A stretch of DNA of 59,405 bases from a virus. Its lineage: Duplodnaviria; Caudoviricetes. How positions within the stretch are numbered: the first letter of the stretch is position 1; each line of letters opens with the position of its first letter. Both the position numbers and the translations under genes were made by a program. The stretch covers positions 1 to 59,405 of IMG/VR virus record IMGVR_UViG_3300027881_000014; one strand, given 5' to 3'. Positions 1 through 10,284 of the stretch are shown here, piece by piece. The notes beneath the pieces were generated by a model that worked only from the letters and a program-made list of their open reading frames with translations, was not told where the DNA came from and did not search any database.

Positions 1-1764
1 TTCATCACGTGAACTAATACCAATTGAAATCCCGCTTTCTGTTACAAAGTCTTTAAAACCATTGATAAGTTGATAGTCACTAGGGAATTCCCAATAGTCT
101 ATTAAGAACCCTATATTAGCAGCTAGTAAATTTCCATCATAATCTTCTTGTGTAAATTCAAAATCTTCTACAGCTGATTCGGGACTAAGCAGATTAAACT
201 CCTTAACCATTTCATAATCAGCCTCATCTTTTATAGAATGGTAGAATCTTATTCTAGTAAGTCTCTTATTAATATCATGAGGTATTTTAATATTGTTAAT
301 CTTAATGCCATACTTATCTGTTGGCGTAACTTCATAATTATGTACGCTTGTTAAAATCTCTTCTCTTTCATCTAATACCATAGTAATAGCAATAGAAAAT
401 TTGTCATCGGTAGTTAACCAACCAATATCTCCTATTTCTAGATCACCACCATATTCAATACCAACTGCATACAAGTCAGCTATTGAAATAGAAAATGCTG
501 GGTCAGGCATATTTATTGTTGCATAACCTGAACCAGTAGGCCATTGTATCCACATCTTATCTGTGCCTGGAGTGGCCGCTACATAACTACCTACTGTGGA
601 CCATGCATTACCATTTGCTAATCTAAAAACTTCTCCCTGTTTACCAGTAAAATGTATATATGTATTAGCTAAATCTCCTGGTGCCAACGGTATGTCTCCT
701 GGTGGATTACCACCTGAGACACCTGTGCGAGTAGCATCAATAGTCCATAACCAAATATTAGGTATATCTGGATATGGCAGATCTGGATTATTTACACCTA
801 CTCCTGTATCTGTATCTGTAATATTAACTCTTAATGCTTTTACATTACCCAATGCTGGCTCCCACCTACCTAATTCATCAATAGGTGTACCAATAGTAAT
901 ATCTCTACCACCTACTACAGAAGTTTGATCTGTATTCAATTCGTAGTCATATATGATACCAAGACGCCTATCAAAAGCTTCATTACCTGTTACGCCGCCA
1001 TAAGCACGTGACGTGGCTAAAGTAGTATAACTTGGTAGATCAGGATAGGGAACTTGTGGTATGTTTAATGATCCATTAAAGTTAATAAATTGTTTGCTAT
1101 GATTCCATACATCTGTTATCCTATCTATATACCAATAATCACCTTCATAATCAAAATGAGTAGCAGAAGTGCTAACATCAGCAGTCCAAATTTTTCTATC
1201 AATCTTTCCCAACCAGAAAGTGTCGTGCGGGAAATAAAGTTTGAGTCTTCCATCTTCCACCTGAAAATGAACGGTGCCATCAATAGTGGTTGAAAAAAGA
1301 GAGTTGTCAAATGAGCTCCCATCATGATTATGAATATCAATAATACCCGCGCTATAGTTTCCATTTTTGGACATTTCATACCATATCGGCCCTCCTTCTG
1401 TAATGTCATATAAGTATACTAACCTATGATAAGTACCGCTGTCTGTTGCTTTTGCGATAAGTACCAAGACATCATGTTTGGAGGGAGTAGGATTATCCTG
1501 TGTAGTTAAGATATCAGAACTCAATGTTGTATAAATACCTGTTTCATACGTCCATGTATGAGCTGCAAAATCACCATTAGGATCTGGCAATCCAAAAGCA
1601 TTACCTGTATAAGGTAGTACGTCTGTCAAGTTTCTAGGATCTATCTCTAGATAACCTGGCCTATGTTTAAAATTCTTGCTATCTATTACTAATTCTAATT
1701 GATTATCATTTTCATCAGCATTAGAATAGATACCCTTAAAATCTTTTAATGTAATCTTTGGCAT
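1..1764 (-). CDS. Tail nozzle/stabilisation-type protein, N-terminal 588 codons (continues across the window end into 58828-59352; ~762 aa joined)
   Basis: Absent from the ORF track, but I read this frame stop-free from ATG 1764 (MPKITLKDFKGIYSNADEND...) to base 1. It ends ...FKDFVTESGISIGISSRDE, which matches the peptide at the other window end. Size and position after a ring protein fit a P22 gp10/T7 gp12-like nozzle (inference). Confidence 0.7.
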   Translation of the reverse strand, partial: MPKITLKDFKGIYSNADENDNQLELVIDSKNFKHRPGYLEIDPRNLTDVLPYTGNAFGLPDPNGDFAAHTWTYETGIYTTLSSDILTTQDNPTPSKHDVLVLIAKATDSGTYHRLVYLYDITEGGPIWYEMSKNGNYSAGIIDIHNHDGSSFDNSLFSTTIDGTVHFQVEDGRLKLYFPHDTFWLGKIDRKIWTADVSTSATHFDYEGDYWYIDRITDVWNHSKQFINFNGSLNIPQVPYPDLPSYTTLATSRAYGGVTGNEAFDRRLGIIYDYELNTDQTSVVGGRDITIGTPIDELGRWEPALGNVKALRVNITDTDTGVGVNNPDLPYPDIPNIWLWTIDATRTGVSGGNPPGDIPLAPGDLANTYIHFTGKQGEVFRLANGNAWSTVGSYVAATPGTDKMWIQWPTGSGYATINMPDPAFSISIADLYAVGIEYGGDLEIGDIGWLTTDDKFSIAITMVLDEREEILTSVHNYEVTPTDKYGIKINNIKIPHDINKRLTRIRFYHSIKDEADYEMVKEFNLLSPESAVEDFEFTQEDYDGNLLAANIGFLIDYWEFPSDYQLINGFKDFVTESGISIGISSRDE

Positions 1765-1765
1765 A

Positions 1766-2467
1766 TTAAACTGGGTACCATGGTGTTACTTCAATCCAGG
1801 GTCTTGAACGCTCTAAGTGACGTTCTTCAACCTCATCTCTTTTACGTGTATATACTTGTAATACTCTACCATACTTCTGAGCTTTTAATCCTTCGAATTG
1901 TGCAAGACCAAGTTTTGCCATATATCTGACAGCTTGTCGCACGGTTTCTTCAAAGTACTTGTTTGGGAGCACAGGTATTGCTTGGAGGTTTCCCTCATCA
2001 TCAAGCTCTTCATAATCTTCTTCACCTGCGATAGATGATGTATAGTAGATCGTAATCTCATCATCAAGCTCAGGGAAAGTATAATAAAGCTCACGCTGAT
2101 TAGCATTAAAAAGTATATGGTAAAAATAATTAGTGGATGCGGTAGAACTATTGGCATTATCTAAAACCTTTTCTAAACTTACTTCTTCATATAATGTCTC
2201 AGTCCCACCATCAGGTGTAACTGTGATTCTCCAAGCGCCATTAAAATTTAAGGGCTCAATAACTATTGGTGATGTACCAGTATCATCATTGGTAATGGTT
2301 ACACTACGTTCCATAACTCCATAGAGTTTAGCTATAGCCCTCTCGGCTCTATATACTGCTTGGGAGTATATATTACGAGGGAAGTCCTTAAACCAAGGAT
2401 CTCCGCATTTAAGTGCTACCTCTCCGATAGCTTCATTATTACTTATGTTTACAATTTGTGTGGGCAT
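1766..2467 (-). CDS. Putative head-tail adaptor/tail ring protein
   Basis: 233 aa, with helical N- and C-termini around a beta-rich middle (LYYTFP...ITIYY...PVLPNKYFEETV) typical of podovirus adaptor/ring proteins. Lies directly upstream of the nozzle. Confidence 0.55.
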   Translation of the reverse strand: MPTQIVNISNNEAIGEVALKCGDPWFKDFPRNIYSQAVYRAERAIAKLYGVMERSVTITNDDTGTSPIVIEPLNFNGAWRITVTPDGGTETLYEEVSLEKVLDNANSSTASTNYFYHILFNANQRELYYTFPELDDEITIYYTSSIAGEEDYEELDDEGNLQAIPVLPNKYFEETVRQAVRYMAKLGLAQFEGLKAQKYGRVLQVYTRKRDEVEERHLERSRPWIEVTPWYPV

Positions 2468-3231
2468 TAGTCACCTACGGGTCTTAAATAGTTAAATTTT
2501 CCACCTATTATTCTAAGTAGACATTGTCTTGATGTTATAGGATCACCTATAGAACCGGTAGCAATACTAAATACTTTCATACCATCCCAACCCCATTGTA
2601 ATGGTGGAGATACAAAAGAAGCTTGTGTTTGTCCATTAATTTTTACAGGATCATTCCAAGAATAATCATATGTATAAAATGAGTCTATAACTACACCAAG
2701 TGAGTCATATAAATATCCAACTGTACTATCAACATTTACAGTACGTCTAAACCATTCATATGTTATAGTATTACCTGATACATTCCATTCAAATGTAACT
2801 GTAGAATCAATTTCCCCTATTAATTGTCGTGGTAAATTCCATTCTATGTAAGGTTCTTGATAGATATCATCTAACCAACCTACTTCACCCGTAATGACAA
2901 CCTTAGATTTTACATTTTCAGGTATAATCTGTGGAGCAAAATAGAGTTTGCTTCCTAGGCGTACATTAGCAAGCTCTGTCACCCAAGTTAATTGCTTTAA
3001 GCTATTATTCCAAGTATAACTGCCCATTGGTGCAAAGCTTAGATTTTCCCTACCATTGCCCATAATAAAACCAATATCATATTGTCCTGCACTAGGAGTT
3101 TCAACAAATGTTGCTCTACCCCATAATTCAAGAACATCAGCATTGGTATATTTAGCTGCAGCTGAGTCAAGTGAAACTTGAGGTAATGCTAATCCAGTAA
3201 GCAGCAAAAAACTTAATAGTATTTTCTTCAT
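2467..3231 (-). CDS. Secreted Ig-like domain protein in tail module
   Basis: Signal peptide MKKILLSFLLLTGLALP|Q. C-terminal half resembles an Ig fold (VTFEWNVSGNTITYEWFR...INGQTQASF...DG.KV..IAT). Confidence 0.6.
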   Translation of the reverse strand: MKKILLSFLLLTGLALPQVSLDSAAAKYTNADVLELWGRATFVETPSAGQYDIGFIMGNGRENLSFAPMGSYTWNNSLKQLTWVTELANVRLGSKLYFAPQIIPENVKSKVVITGEVGWLDDIYQEPYIEWNLPRQLIGEIDSTVTFEWNVSGNTITYEWFRRTVNVDSTVGYLYDSLGVVIDSFYTYDYSWNDPVKINGQTQASFVSPPLQWGWDGMKVFSIATGSIGDPITSRQCLLRIIGGKFNYLRPVGD

Positions 3232-5324
3232 TATTTATAGCCTCCTTTGGCTTTATATTGGTCATCTGCTTGTGTAGCATTAACTCCTGTTAAATCATTG
3301 TTAGTTGTTTCATCTCCTAAGAATAAAGCATTAGTATTCCCTTTCCACTTCCACCATCCAACAATAGTCCCACCTGTATAACTGCCAGTCATATTCTTGC
3401 CTTTAGTACCATTGTTATAATTAGTTAGTACATCACTATCACCAAATCCTGCATCTTCTATATTATCAAATCTTATAAATTGTAGCTCGCCTATTAAGCC
3501 ATTAAATTCACTCGCGTTGTTAAAAGCACCTATCTGTAACGGAGTTATTGAACTTCTTATTGTACCAATTTCAGTTATATCCCAACCATTCCCAGTTCTT
3601 GGGTATAAATCAAAATACATACTATCTGTTCTGTCAATAGACAGATAAAATAAATCCCATTGATTCAATACTGGGTCATTTGTACTTGATGGATTATAAG
3701 TAGTCCCATTTATAAAAGCTCGTAAATCGCCAGAGGCATAATAAAAATCCCACTGTGCGAGTTCACTAAGTGACCTATAAGAAAATAATCTATAAGTAGT
3801 TGCTACATTCGCAGGATTAAACCACCCTATTACAGCAAAATCATAAGCCTGACTCACATCCATATTGTCTATATATACTGTATCTGGTTGGTTGAGGTAC
3901 ATCTGTAAATCAGGTGTTGGGTTACCAGTAGTATCCCACTCAAAATTCCACACTAAGGTTTCAAATGCTGATGGGTCAACATCACTGAATGTTTTGCTAC
4001 TGTCTCCTACTACAAGTTCTAAGTCTGGGGGGGTTACTTGTTTGAGCGATACGTTATCAAACACTACCCCTGTAAGAGTGGCGTAGGGTCTTAGAAAAGT
4101 ACCAGCTGATTGAAATACGTGAGTATGAGTTCCATTGCTATAAAATGCAGTAGCTTGTCCAGCACTACCTTCATACCATCCCCCCTCTCCACCAACAAGA
4201 GTTAAATCAAAGGTAAGTTCATACCATAAATCTGCTGTCAGTATAGTTTGCTCAATAGTATTATTGCTATAAGCACCATCTTTTAGACTTTCAAATTCAC
4301 CACCTGTTCTATCCCAATAAGTAGTATCAGCACCTCCAACCCAAGCCCAACCTGTGTAGTCACTAAAGTCACCATTTGTAATTAACTCACTTCCCTTTAT
4401 TCCCTCACTATTAGCATCCATCTGCCAAGTATATTTCTTACCGTGTTCTAATGCTGTGAAATCAGCTGCTGGTAGTGAGGTGTAGTTGGTTGTTGCATCG
4501 CCCACTGGAGTTTTATATACAGAAACATCATCAAAATATAATATATCACCCTCTGCACCACCTTCTGTCCAAATTCCTATTAGTTTCCCCGAATTTGATT
4601 CGCAAACGTCGGTGAACGTAGCTTCAAACCACGAACCTTGGCCTTGCCCTGAATAATCTGCCGAATAACCAGTTATGCTGGTGCCATCATCATACATTAT
4701 CTGTACGGCTGTAAACGATTCTCCTGTTTCCAGATAAAGCTGTGCGGTTATCGTATAAGTTTCTCCTGGTATCATCTCTAATAGGTAGGCATCTAAAAGT
4801 CTCGCCGCAAGACGAGTTCCCACAACCGAACCAACAGTAATTTTACCAACTTTTTCTGCCCCTGGATTAGTACCATCATAAGTCACAGTACCATTTGAAC
4901 CACCACCAGTTAATACAACCCAATTACCGATATTACCACTTGAAAAATCTCTATCGTTTAGAGCAGCTATAGATTCAGTCGTATCACTAACAATCACCCC
5001 ACCATAACTACCACCATTGTTTGTAGATGAAGTATCTATAGTGTGGTTACCGTTGCCTGTCCAATTAGTTGTATCACCATCTTCAAAATCAGAATCTTTT
5101 CCGGAATCTGCAATACGTAAAGTATCATTTAAGTCTAAGTTTACTGGTGAACTGTTAGAAGCGTATTCATCTATGCCATTAAAGTCAATAGCCCATAGAT
5201 TTTTTTCTTGGCCACTATATATAGAACTACCAAATGTATGTATCCACCAATAATCACTTTCCCATGACTGTGCATTTGTAAGCCCAACTAAAAGTAGTGT
5301 GCTACATAATATTCTTTTAAACAT
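3231..5324 (-). CDS. Secreted carbohydrate-binding protein (CBM4/9-like repeats plus LamG/ConA-like domain)
   Basis: Signal peptide ...GLTNA|Q. Motifs DFEDGDTTNW, ELITNGDFS, YFDDVSV, FDNVSLK are CBM-like. DFNGIDEY...FAVIGWF...LQIGA...FNGLIGEL...VGWWKW is LamG-like. Confidence 0.65.
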   Translation of the reverse strand: MFKRILCSTLLLVGLTNAQSWESDYWWIHTFGSSIYSGQEKNLWAIDFNGIDEYASNSSPVNLDLNDTLRIADSGKDSDFEDGDTTNWTGNGNHTIDTSSTNNGGSYGGVIVSDTTESIAALNDRDFSSGNIGNWVVLTGGGSNGTVTYDGTNPGAEKVGKITVGSVVGTRLAARLLDAYLLEMIPGETYTITAQLYLETGESFTAVQIMYDDGTSITGYSADYSGQGQGSWFEATFTDVCESNSGKLIGIWTEGGAEGDILYFDDVSVYKTPVGDATTNYTSLPAADFTALEHGKKYTWQMDANSEGIKGSELITNGDFSDYTGWAWVGGADTTYWDRTGGEFESLKDGAYSNNTIEQTILTADLWYELTFDLTLVGGEGGWYEGSAGQATAFYSNGTHTHVFQSAGTFLRPYATLTGVVFDNVSLKQVTPPDLELVVGDSSKTFSDVDPSAFETLVWNFEWDTTGNPTPDLQMYLNQPDTVYIDNMDVSQAYDFAVIGWFNPANVATTYRLFSYRSLSELAQWDFYYASGDLRAFINGTTYNPSSTNDPVLNQWDLFYLSIDRTDSMYFDLYPRTGNGWDITEIGTIRSSITPLQIGAFNNASEFNGLIGELQFIRFDNIEDAGFGDSDVLTNYNNGTKGKNMTGSYTGGTIVGWWKWKGNTNALFLGDETTNNDLTGVNATQADDQYKAKGGYK

Positions 5325-5335
5325 AGGTGCTCCTA

Positions 5336-5770
5336 TTAGATATATCTACATTCTAGAACAAAGACTTTATCTGCAGCTTCTGCTGTTATGTCTCCTAATT
5401 TTAACCATACATAATCATTATTATTACTACCTGATTCACCTAGGATTGGCATAATAGTATTAGCATTAAGCGGTGCTATAGATGAATCCGCAATAGAAAC
5501 TGTATAATCAGTTGCTTCTCCAAGCTCTAAGATAGTCAGCCAGGTAGTGGGTGACCTATCATATGAAATCTTAATTGTAAAACTAGTTGCATTAGTAATA
5601 TCTAATGTATGTACTGCGACAGGTACCATACCACCTGGTATTCTTATAGAATCCGTAGATGTTTGGCCAGTTGTTAAAGTTAAAGTATATGAATTTGGTT
5701 CAGGTTGTGCATATGTCATGCCTATCATTAAACCTAATCCCAATAATAAACTAAAAAGTAATCGTTTCAT
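5336..5770 (-). CDS. Small secreted beta-sandwich protein
   Basis: Signal peptide ...IGMTYA|Q; 144 aa, beta-strand pattern. Confidence 0.55.
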   Translation of the reverse strand: MKRLLFSLLLGLGLMIGMTYAQPEPNSYTLTLTTGQTSTDSIRIPGGMVPVAVHTLDITNATSFTIKISYDRSPTTWLTILELGEATDYTVSIADSSIAPLNANTIMPILGESGSNNNDYVWLKLGDITAEAADKVFVLECRYI

Positions 5771-5775
5771 TTTGT

Positions 5776-7887
5776 TTAATCCTTGTTAATTTTCGGATGT
5801 ATCCCTCTAAAATAATTACGAGTCATTGTAAAGCTGAGGGTAGTGCTATACACGTCTTCTGCTAAGTTATTATTATCAGGAGCAGGCTCCCATGATGTTA
5901 CATAGTACATGCTCTGTTGTCTACCTTCGTCTCCTACCATTATCTTGGCTATGAAACCTAAACTATCGGCATAATCTTTCATGGTGGTTAAATCTGAAGT
6001 AACATAATAGCTATTACCTACGTTACTATCTGCTCTTGCGATGACTACATCTATTGGAAAATGTAATATAGCCAATCTATGATCAGCTTGATCTTGTGAC
6101 ATAGAAACAGTAGTAGTGCCTGTTCTATCTGTATAATTCATTATTGTGTCATATACAGCCGTATTAGTTGCTCTACCCATGACATAAAAATTTGTACCAT
6201 CTGTCAAGAATGAGTACCACCAACCATTATATAATAATGAATCATTATGAGCACTAGTTGCATCTGCTCTTGTTATTACTAAAGAATCATCTCCGGCTGA
6301 ATTAAGTATAACAATTTGATATTGTGATTGTATAGGATATTGTATCGTCTCTGTCGTAACACATTGTCGTCTATCAAATGTTAATGTATTAAATTGATTG
6401 CTATATGCTATAGTCCAACTATTGGTATCAGTTATTGCAATCTCATGCCAATATAATCTATGTGTTACATTAGACCATCCGCATGATGGATCATAATAAC
6501 TAAATGCATTTACAATACCATCAGAAGGACTTAAATCAACCGTACCAGATGCACAGTCAGATACTAAATAACTTCCTGTTACATTCATACAGAATAGACT
6601 ACCTAATTTGTTTAGTCCTTCACCTTCATTAACTAAATCTTGAGTTGATGAGGTATCTCTGCTTTCCTCTGCTTTAATCCAGAATGTAGGACCACCTGTA
6701 ATCGTAGTAGACCCAATACTCCAAACATAAAGAGTGCTATCCCAGAGAGCACTATTAACAGTGTCGACCACATTGTTAAGTTCAATAGTATGCCAAATAA
6801 GACTATCATTACTCCAAAATAAATCGAATGAAGTGACGTACTGCGAGCGGACCGAAATTGAATCGACTCCTCCGGATTCGGTAAAAGTTGTTGTTTCGGG
6901 TGAGACATCATAAACCTCTATATCAGAAAATGGATTAATAGTAAAATCATTAGCACTTGAATCAGCCCAATAAGTAGGACTATCGCCGAGCACCCTAATC
7001 TTTCCCGTTGTGATCTGATGTCGTGGGACCGTCCAAGAGACGCTAGTATCAGCCACGGCAACAGTATCAAAATCGCTCCAATCTGTCCCGCTATTTGTGC
7101 TAAATGCCAAATACGTGTTATCAATTGCTGTATCACTTGGTGCCGTCCAATGTATTGTTATTACTGAATCTTCTCTAAAAACTAAACCAGCTGCATCTGG
7201 ATAATTTAGTATGATATTATCCCACTGATTAATGGGATTATATTGGATCCACAGACTATCAGCTCCAGTAGGTGTTCCAGCTGTTGCATTAAATGCTCCA
7301 GCAAATGTTCCTACTTTCCATTGTATAGCACCATAATCCCAGTATTGTGTAGTGCCTAATTGCATCCAATCACCACTATTCCAATAATAAAATTTAATAC
7401 TATCTGTACTGCTACTATATGTTACTCTAAAATAATCTTTAGCATCTACTGCTAAACCTGTATCAAATAGGTATTTAAATTCACCATCTACAGTAGAATC
7501 TCGTACCATTAAAGAAACTTTAGTTAATTGGTATACATTACATATGCCAATGCCAAGATATTCATTAGTACTACTCCATATACCAAGCATAGGACTTAGA
7601 TTACCAAAATCAGTATCTTTCCACAGATAACCTCTTACATCAAAATCAGAATTAGTCGTTGATAATGAATCAGCATAGTATTGATAATAGCCATAATTTA
7701 CTTGTAATGTAGCACCAGTAGCCTGTAAATAACCATCTGTAATAATATCTGTAGTATCCCATTCTACTCCTGCATTTTGATGAGTCCAACCTGCGCTATA
7801 TCCAGCTGTAAATTCTTCTGTTAGAGTAATTTGAGCAAGTAATGAACTAGTGGCTAATGTTAATAATATTAATAATTTTTTTACCAT
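5776..7887 (-). CDS. Secreted multidomain protein (lectin-like N-terminus plus Kre9/GPI-anchored-type Ig-like domain)
   Basis: Signal peptide ...SSLLA|Q. Segment LNYPD...ITIHW...LAFSTNSGTDW...SVSWTVP...GKIRV...DSSANDFTI matches the Ser/Thr-rich Ig-like module common in secreted FCB proteins (recognised by eye). Confidence 0.6.
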   Translation of the reverse strand: MVKKLLILLTLATSSLLAQITLTEEFTAGYSAGWTHQNAGVEWDTTDIITDGYLQATGATLQVNYGYYQYYADSLSTTNSDFDVRGYLWKDTDFGNLSPMLGIWSSTNEYLGIGICNVYQLTKVSLMVRDSTVDGEFKYLFDTGLAVDAKDYFRVTYSSSTDSIKFYYWNSGDWMQLGTTQYWDYGAIQWKVGTFAGAFNATAGTPTGADSLWIQYNPINQWDNIILNYPDAAGLVFREDSVITIHWTAPSDTAIDNTYLAFSTNSGTDWSDFDTVAVADTSVSWTVPRHQITTGKIRVLGDSPTYWADSSANDFTINPFSDIEVYDVSPETTTFTESGGVDSISVRSQYVTSFDLFWSNDSLIWHTIELNNVVDTVNSALWDSTLYVWSIGSTTITGGPTFWIKAEESRDTSSTQDLVNEGEGLNKLGSLFCMNVTGSYLVSDCASGTVDLSPSDGIVNAFSYYDPSCGWSNVTHRLYWHEIAITDTNSWTIAYSNQFNTLTFDRRQCVTTETIQYPIQSQYQIVILNSAGDDSLVITRADATSAHNDSLLYNGWWYSFLTDGTNFYVMGRATNTAVYDTIMNYTDRTGTTTVSMSQDQADHRLAILHFPIDVVIARADSNVGNSYYVTSDLTTMKDYADSLGFIAKIMVGDEGRQQSMYYVTSWEPAPDNNNLAEDVYSTTLSFTMTRNYFRGIHPKINKD

Positions 7888-9233
7888 AGTCGTCTAACTG
7901 TTATATTACCTGTTAATACAGTTATATCATTGCTATTAACATCATTCATAGCTCGTAGTGATATCCAATCGTCAGCAGTTGCATATACAATACATGTTCC
8001 TGCCACAACACCAGCATCAGTACCAGACATACCTCTTTCAGTTTGTCCATACTCTTGCTTAACATTTTCTAAAAAGATAGCCGTATACCAAACATCAGTA
8101 TTGGCACCTATAAAGCTTAATGAATAATCAATTTTATAATAACCCGCTGTTTCACATTGGATAGAATCTCCATCGAACACTAAATCTCCTGTATCAAATG
8201 CATCATTCCATAAACTATTGGTAGTATTGGTAATAGGAGACCATACATTAACTGCAGCAGCTATGACTTCAGCAGAATCAGCAAAATATTGCCCTCCCCA
8301 AACTAAGCGTATACTATCTTTTACAGCTTGGGCTAAGTTAATCCATGTTTGATTTTGCATACTATCTCTTACCGTTGAGTTGAGGTTCCACCATGTGATA
8401 AGGCTGTCATTACGGAGACCACCGTCGTCTGTACTAATAAGTAAAAACTCGCTACTATCACCAGCAGCACCGCTACCAGAATAGTAAGGCTTATTTGTAG
8501 CGCTCCAAAACACACGCGAAACACCCGTGTCATTATTACCATCAGGAATTCTAAGAGATCCTGTAACATTATTATCTCCACTAAATGTATTATCACCTGA
8601 TAATGTATTGTCTTCAGCTAAGTAAACTGTTAATGTAGTATCAGGTCTATCATGATCTAATAATGAGTTAATACTTGCTGTTCGTAGTTTAAGGGTATCA
8701 TTTTCTATATACAAATATGTTGAATCTGTGTATACAATGAGTTCCCATAGTTTAAGATCTATAGAATCTTGGTTCAATGATATTCTAGTATAAAAACTAG
8801 TTAAATTAGATTGAGTCCATTTCCATAAATCATAATGAGTTGTTAATCCATCTGGAGGTGTAAGAGATGTAACTCCGCCTCCACTTCCTCCTGTACCAAA
8901 TCCACCCCATTTGATCTTGCCTTCTGCTACATAATGATTATTGATACTATCTATCATAGATAAACCTTCATTATATACAGAGTCCCAATCAGCTACTTGA
9001 AGAGAATCACTTAACAACCAGAATACATAGGGATTATCAGATGTAGCTAATGCTTTAACATCGTTTAATATAGCGTTAAGGTGTTTAAAGTAGGGTCTCT
9101 TATTGTTCAAACCTCCGGCTAGGTACCTTACATTAGTAGGATACTTGCCAAAAAATTGAGCAGTAGTTTCTGTAGGAAGAGCAAAGAGTATAAGGGCAGC
9201 AAATATTGCGTACTTAAGTTTCTTTAGTATCAT
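7881..9233 (-). CDS. Secreted fibre-like protein with C-terminal C1q/TNF-like domain
   Basis: Signal peptide ...PTETTA|Q; fibre-like repeat DNTLSGDNTFSGDNNVTG; C-terminus (IQCETAGYYKIDYSLSF...IVYATADDWISL...NITVRRL) resembles C1q/BclA-type trimeric tips. Confidence 0.6.
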   Translation of the reverse strand: MILKKLKYAIFAALILFALPTETTAQFFGKYPTNVRYLAGGLNNKRPYFKHLNAILNDVKALATSDNPYVFWLLSDSLQVADWDSVYNEGLSMIDSINNHYVAEGKIKWGGFGTGGSGGGVTSLTPPDGLTTHYDLWKWTQSNLTSFYTRISLNQDSIDLKLWELIVYTDSTYLYIENDTLKLRTASINSLLDHDRPDTTLTVYLAEDNTLSGDNTFSGDNNVTGSLRIPDGNNDTGVSRVFWSATNKPYYSGSGAAGDSSEFLLISTDDGGLRNDSLITWWNLNSTVRDSMQNQTWINLAQAVKDSIRLVWGGQYFADSAEVIAAAVNVWSPITNTTNSLWNDAFDTGDLVFDGDSIQCETAGYYKIDYSLSFIGANTDVWYTAIFLENVKQEYGQTERGMSGTDAGVVAGTCIVYATADDWISLRAMNDVNSNDITVLTGNITVRRLW

Positions 9234-9915
9234 CTGTTTGTTCCATTTTATTACTAAAACCTGCTAATAACTGTAGTTGCTCATTGACATCTTGCTTATA
9301 AGCGCCAGCTACATCACCTTGTCCTATATCAATATAGGCTTCAACGCATGCTAATGATAGTAACAAATCTAGATACTCAGTAGATATGTCTAAATCTACG
9401 GCTCCGCCTTGTCCTCCATCCTCTATATCTTGAGCCTTATCTGAACGATAAGTCAATTCATATTGTAGAGTAACAGCTGGTAAAAAATAAATGTCATTGG
9501 ATCTACGGGTCCAGTAAAACATGTCGGTATTTAAGTTACCGGCATAAAATGGATTCTCCTCGTGTTTTACCTTGAGGTAATCTTCGGGAGAAATGAAGTT
9601 AGCACGAACGTAATCTTCATCACCTGGTTCTCTAACAAATGCTTCATGAATTTCAGACCAATTGATAGCGGGAGAAACCACGCCACCACCAGTTGATGTA
9701 CCTGATAGTTCTTGAAAGAAGTCTTGAAAAATCTTTTGTGACAAGTTAGGATATAGCACAGCCACCATACGTAAGAGCCGCCTGTAAGATCTGATAATAT
9801 ATCTTAATCTCTCAGCGGCGCTTAAACGTACACCGTTACCGGTCCCCGCCGAAACGGGGTCCTGTAACTTATAGGCTAAGTCTTTACTAACTTGATTTAG
9901 TATAGGTGTAGCCAT
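9214..9915 (-). CDS. Putative head-tail adaptor/tail ring protein
   Basis: 233 aa with the same layout as 1766-2467 (ERLRYI...IYFLP...LDISTEYLDLLL..A); follows the capsid genes. Confidence 0.55.
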   Translation of the reverse strand: MATPILNQVSKDLAYKLQDPVSAGTGNGVRLSAAERLRYIIRSYRRLLRMVAVLYPNLSQKIFQDFFQELSGTSTGGGVVSPAINWSEIHEAFVREPGDEDYVRANFISPEDYLKVKHEENPFYAGNLNTDMFYWTRRSNDIYFLPAVTLQYELTYRSDKAQDIEDGGQGGAVDLDISTEYLDLLLSLACVEAYIDIGQGDVAGAYKQDVNEQLQLLAGFSNKMEQTDDTKET

Positions 9916-9924
9916 ATTCTTCCT

Positions 9925-10269
9925 TTATTGTACCGGTGTTTCTGTTAAGTCATCTGTTACGGTATTAGCAGCTACAGTTTCAGTAACTGAAGCCAATATA
10001 ATATAACTGAATTTATTAGATGCACCAGCTGATGTAGCTGTAAAAGTTACCGTGGCAACATTATTACTGACAGAACTTGCAATTGCTATTAACTCGGCAT
10101 CAGTATCAGCAGTGGAACTAGCCACAACTGAGATGATAGTTTTAGCAGGGAAAGATACTGTAAGTACTTTTGTTGCTGTAAGGGTAACTGTATCTGCAAC
10201 CAGGATTAAACCTGGAAAAATTGCAGGATTTACAGGCACATCCATTACTTTACTTCGTCTGTTAGCCAT
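9925..10269 (-). CDS. Putative auxiliary capsid/structural protein
   Basis: Thr/Val/Ala-rich beta protein downstream of the MCP. Confidence 0.45.
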   Translation of the reverse strand: MANRRSKVMDVPVNPAIFPGLILVADTVTLTATKVLTVSFPAKTIISVVASSTADTDAELIAIASSVSNNVATVTFTATSAGASNKFSYIILASVTETVAANTVTDDLTETPVQ

Positions 10270-10284
10270 TAATTAGGTCCTTCC

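Noticed and set aside
596-1409. Track ORFs 596-928, 1090-1293 and 1125-1409
   Set aside because: They are shadows of the uninterrupted 1-1764 minus-strand gene.
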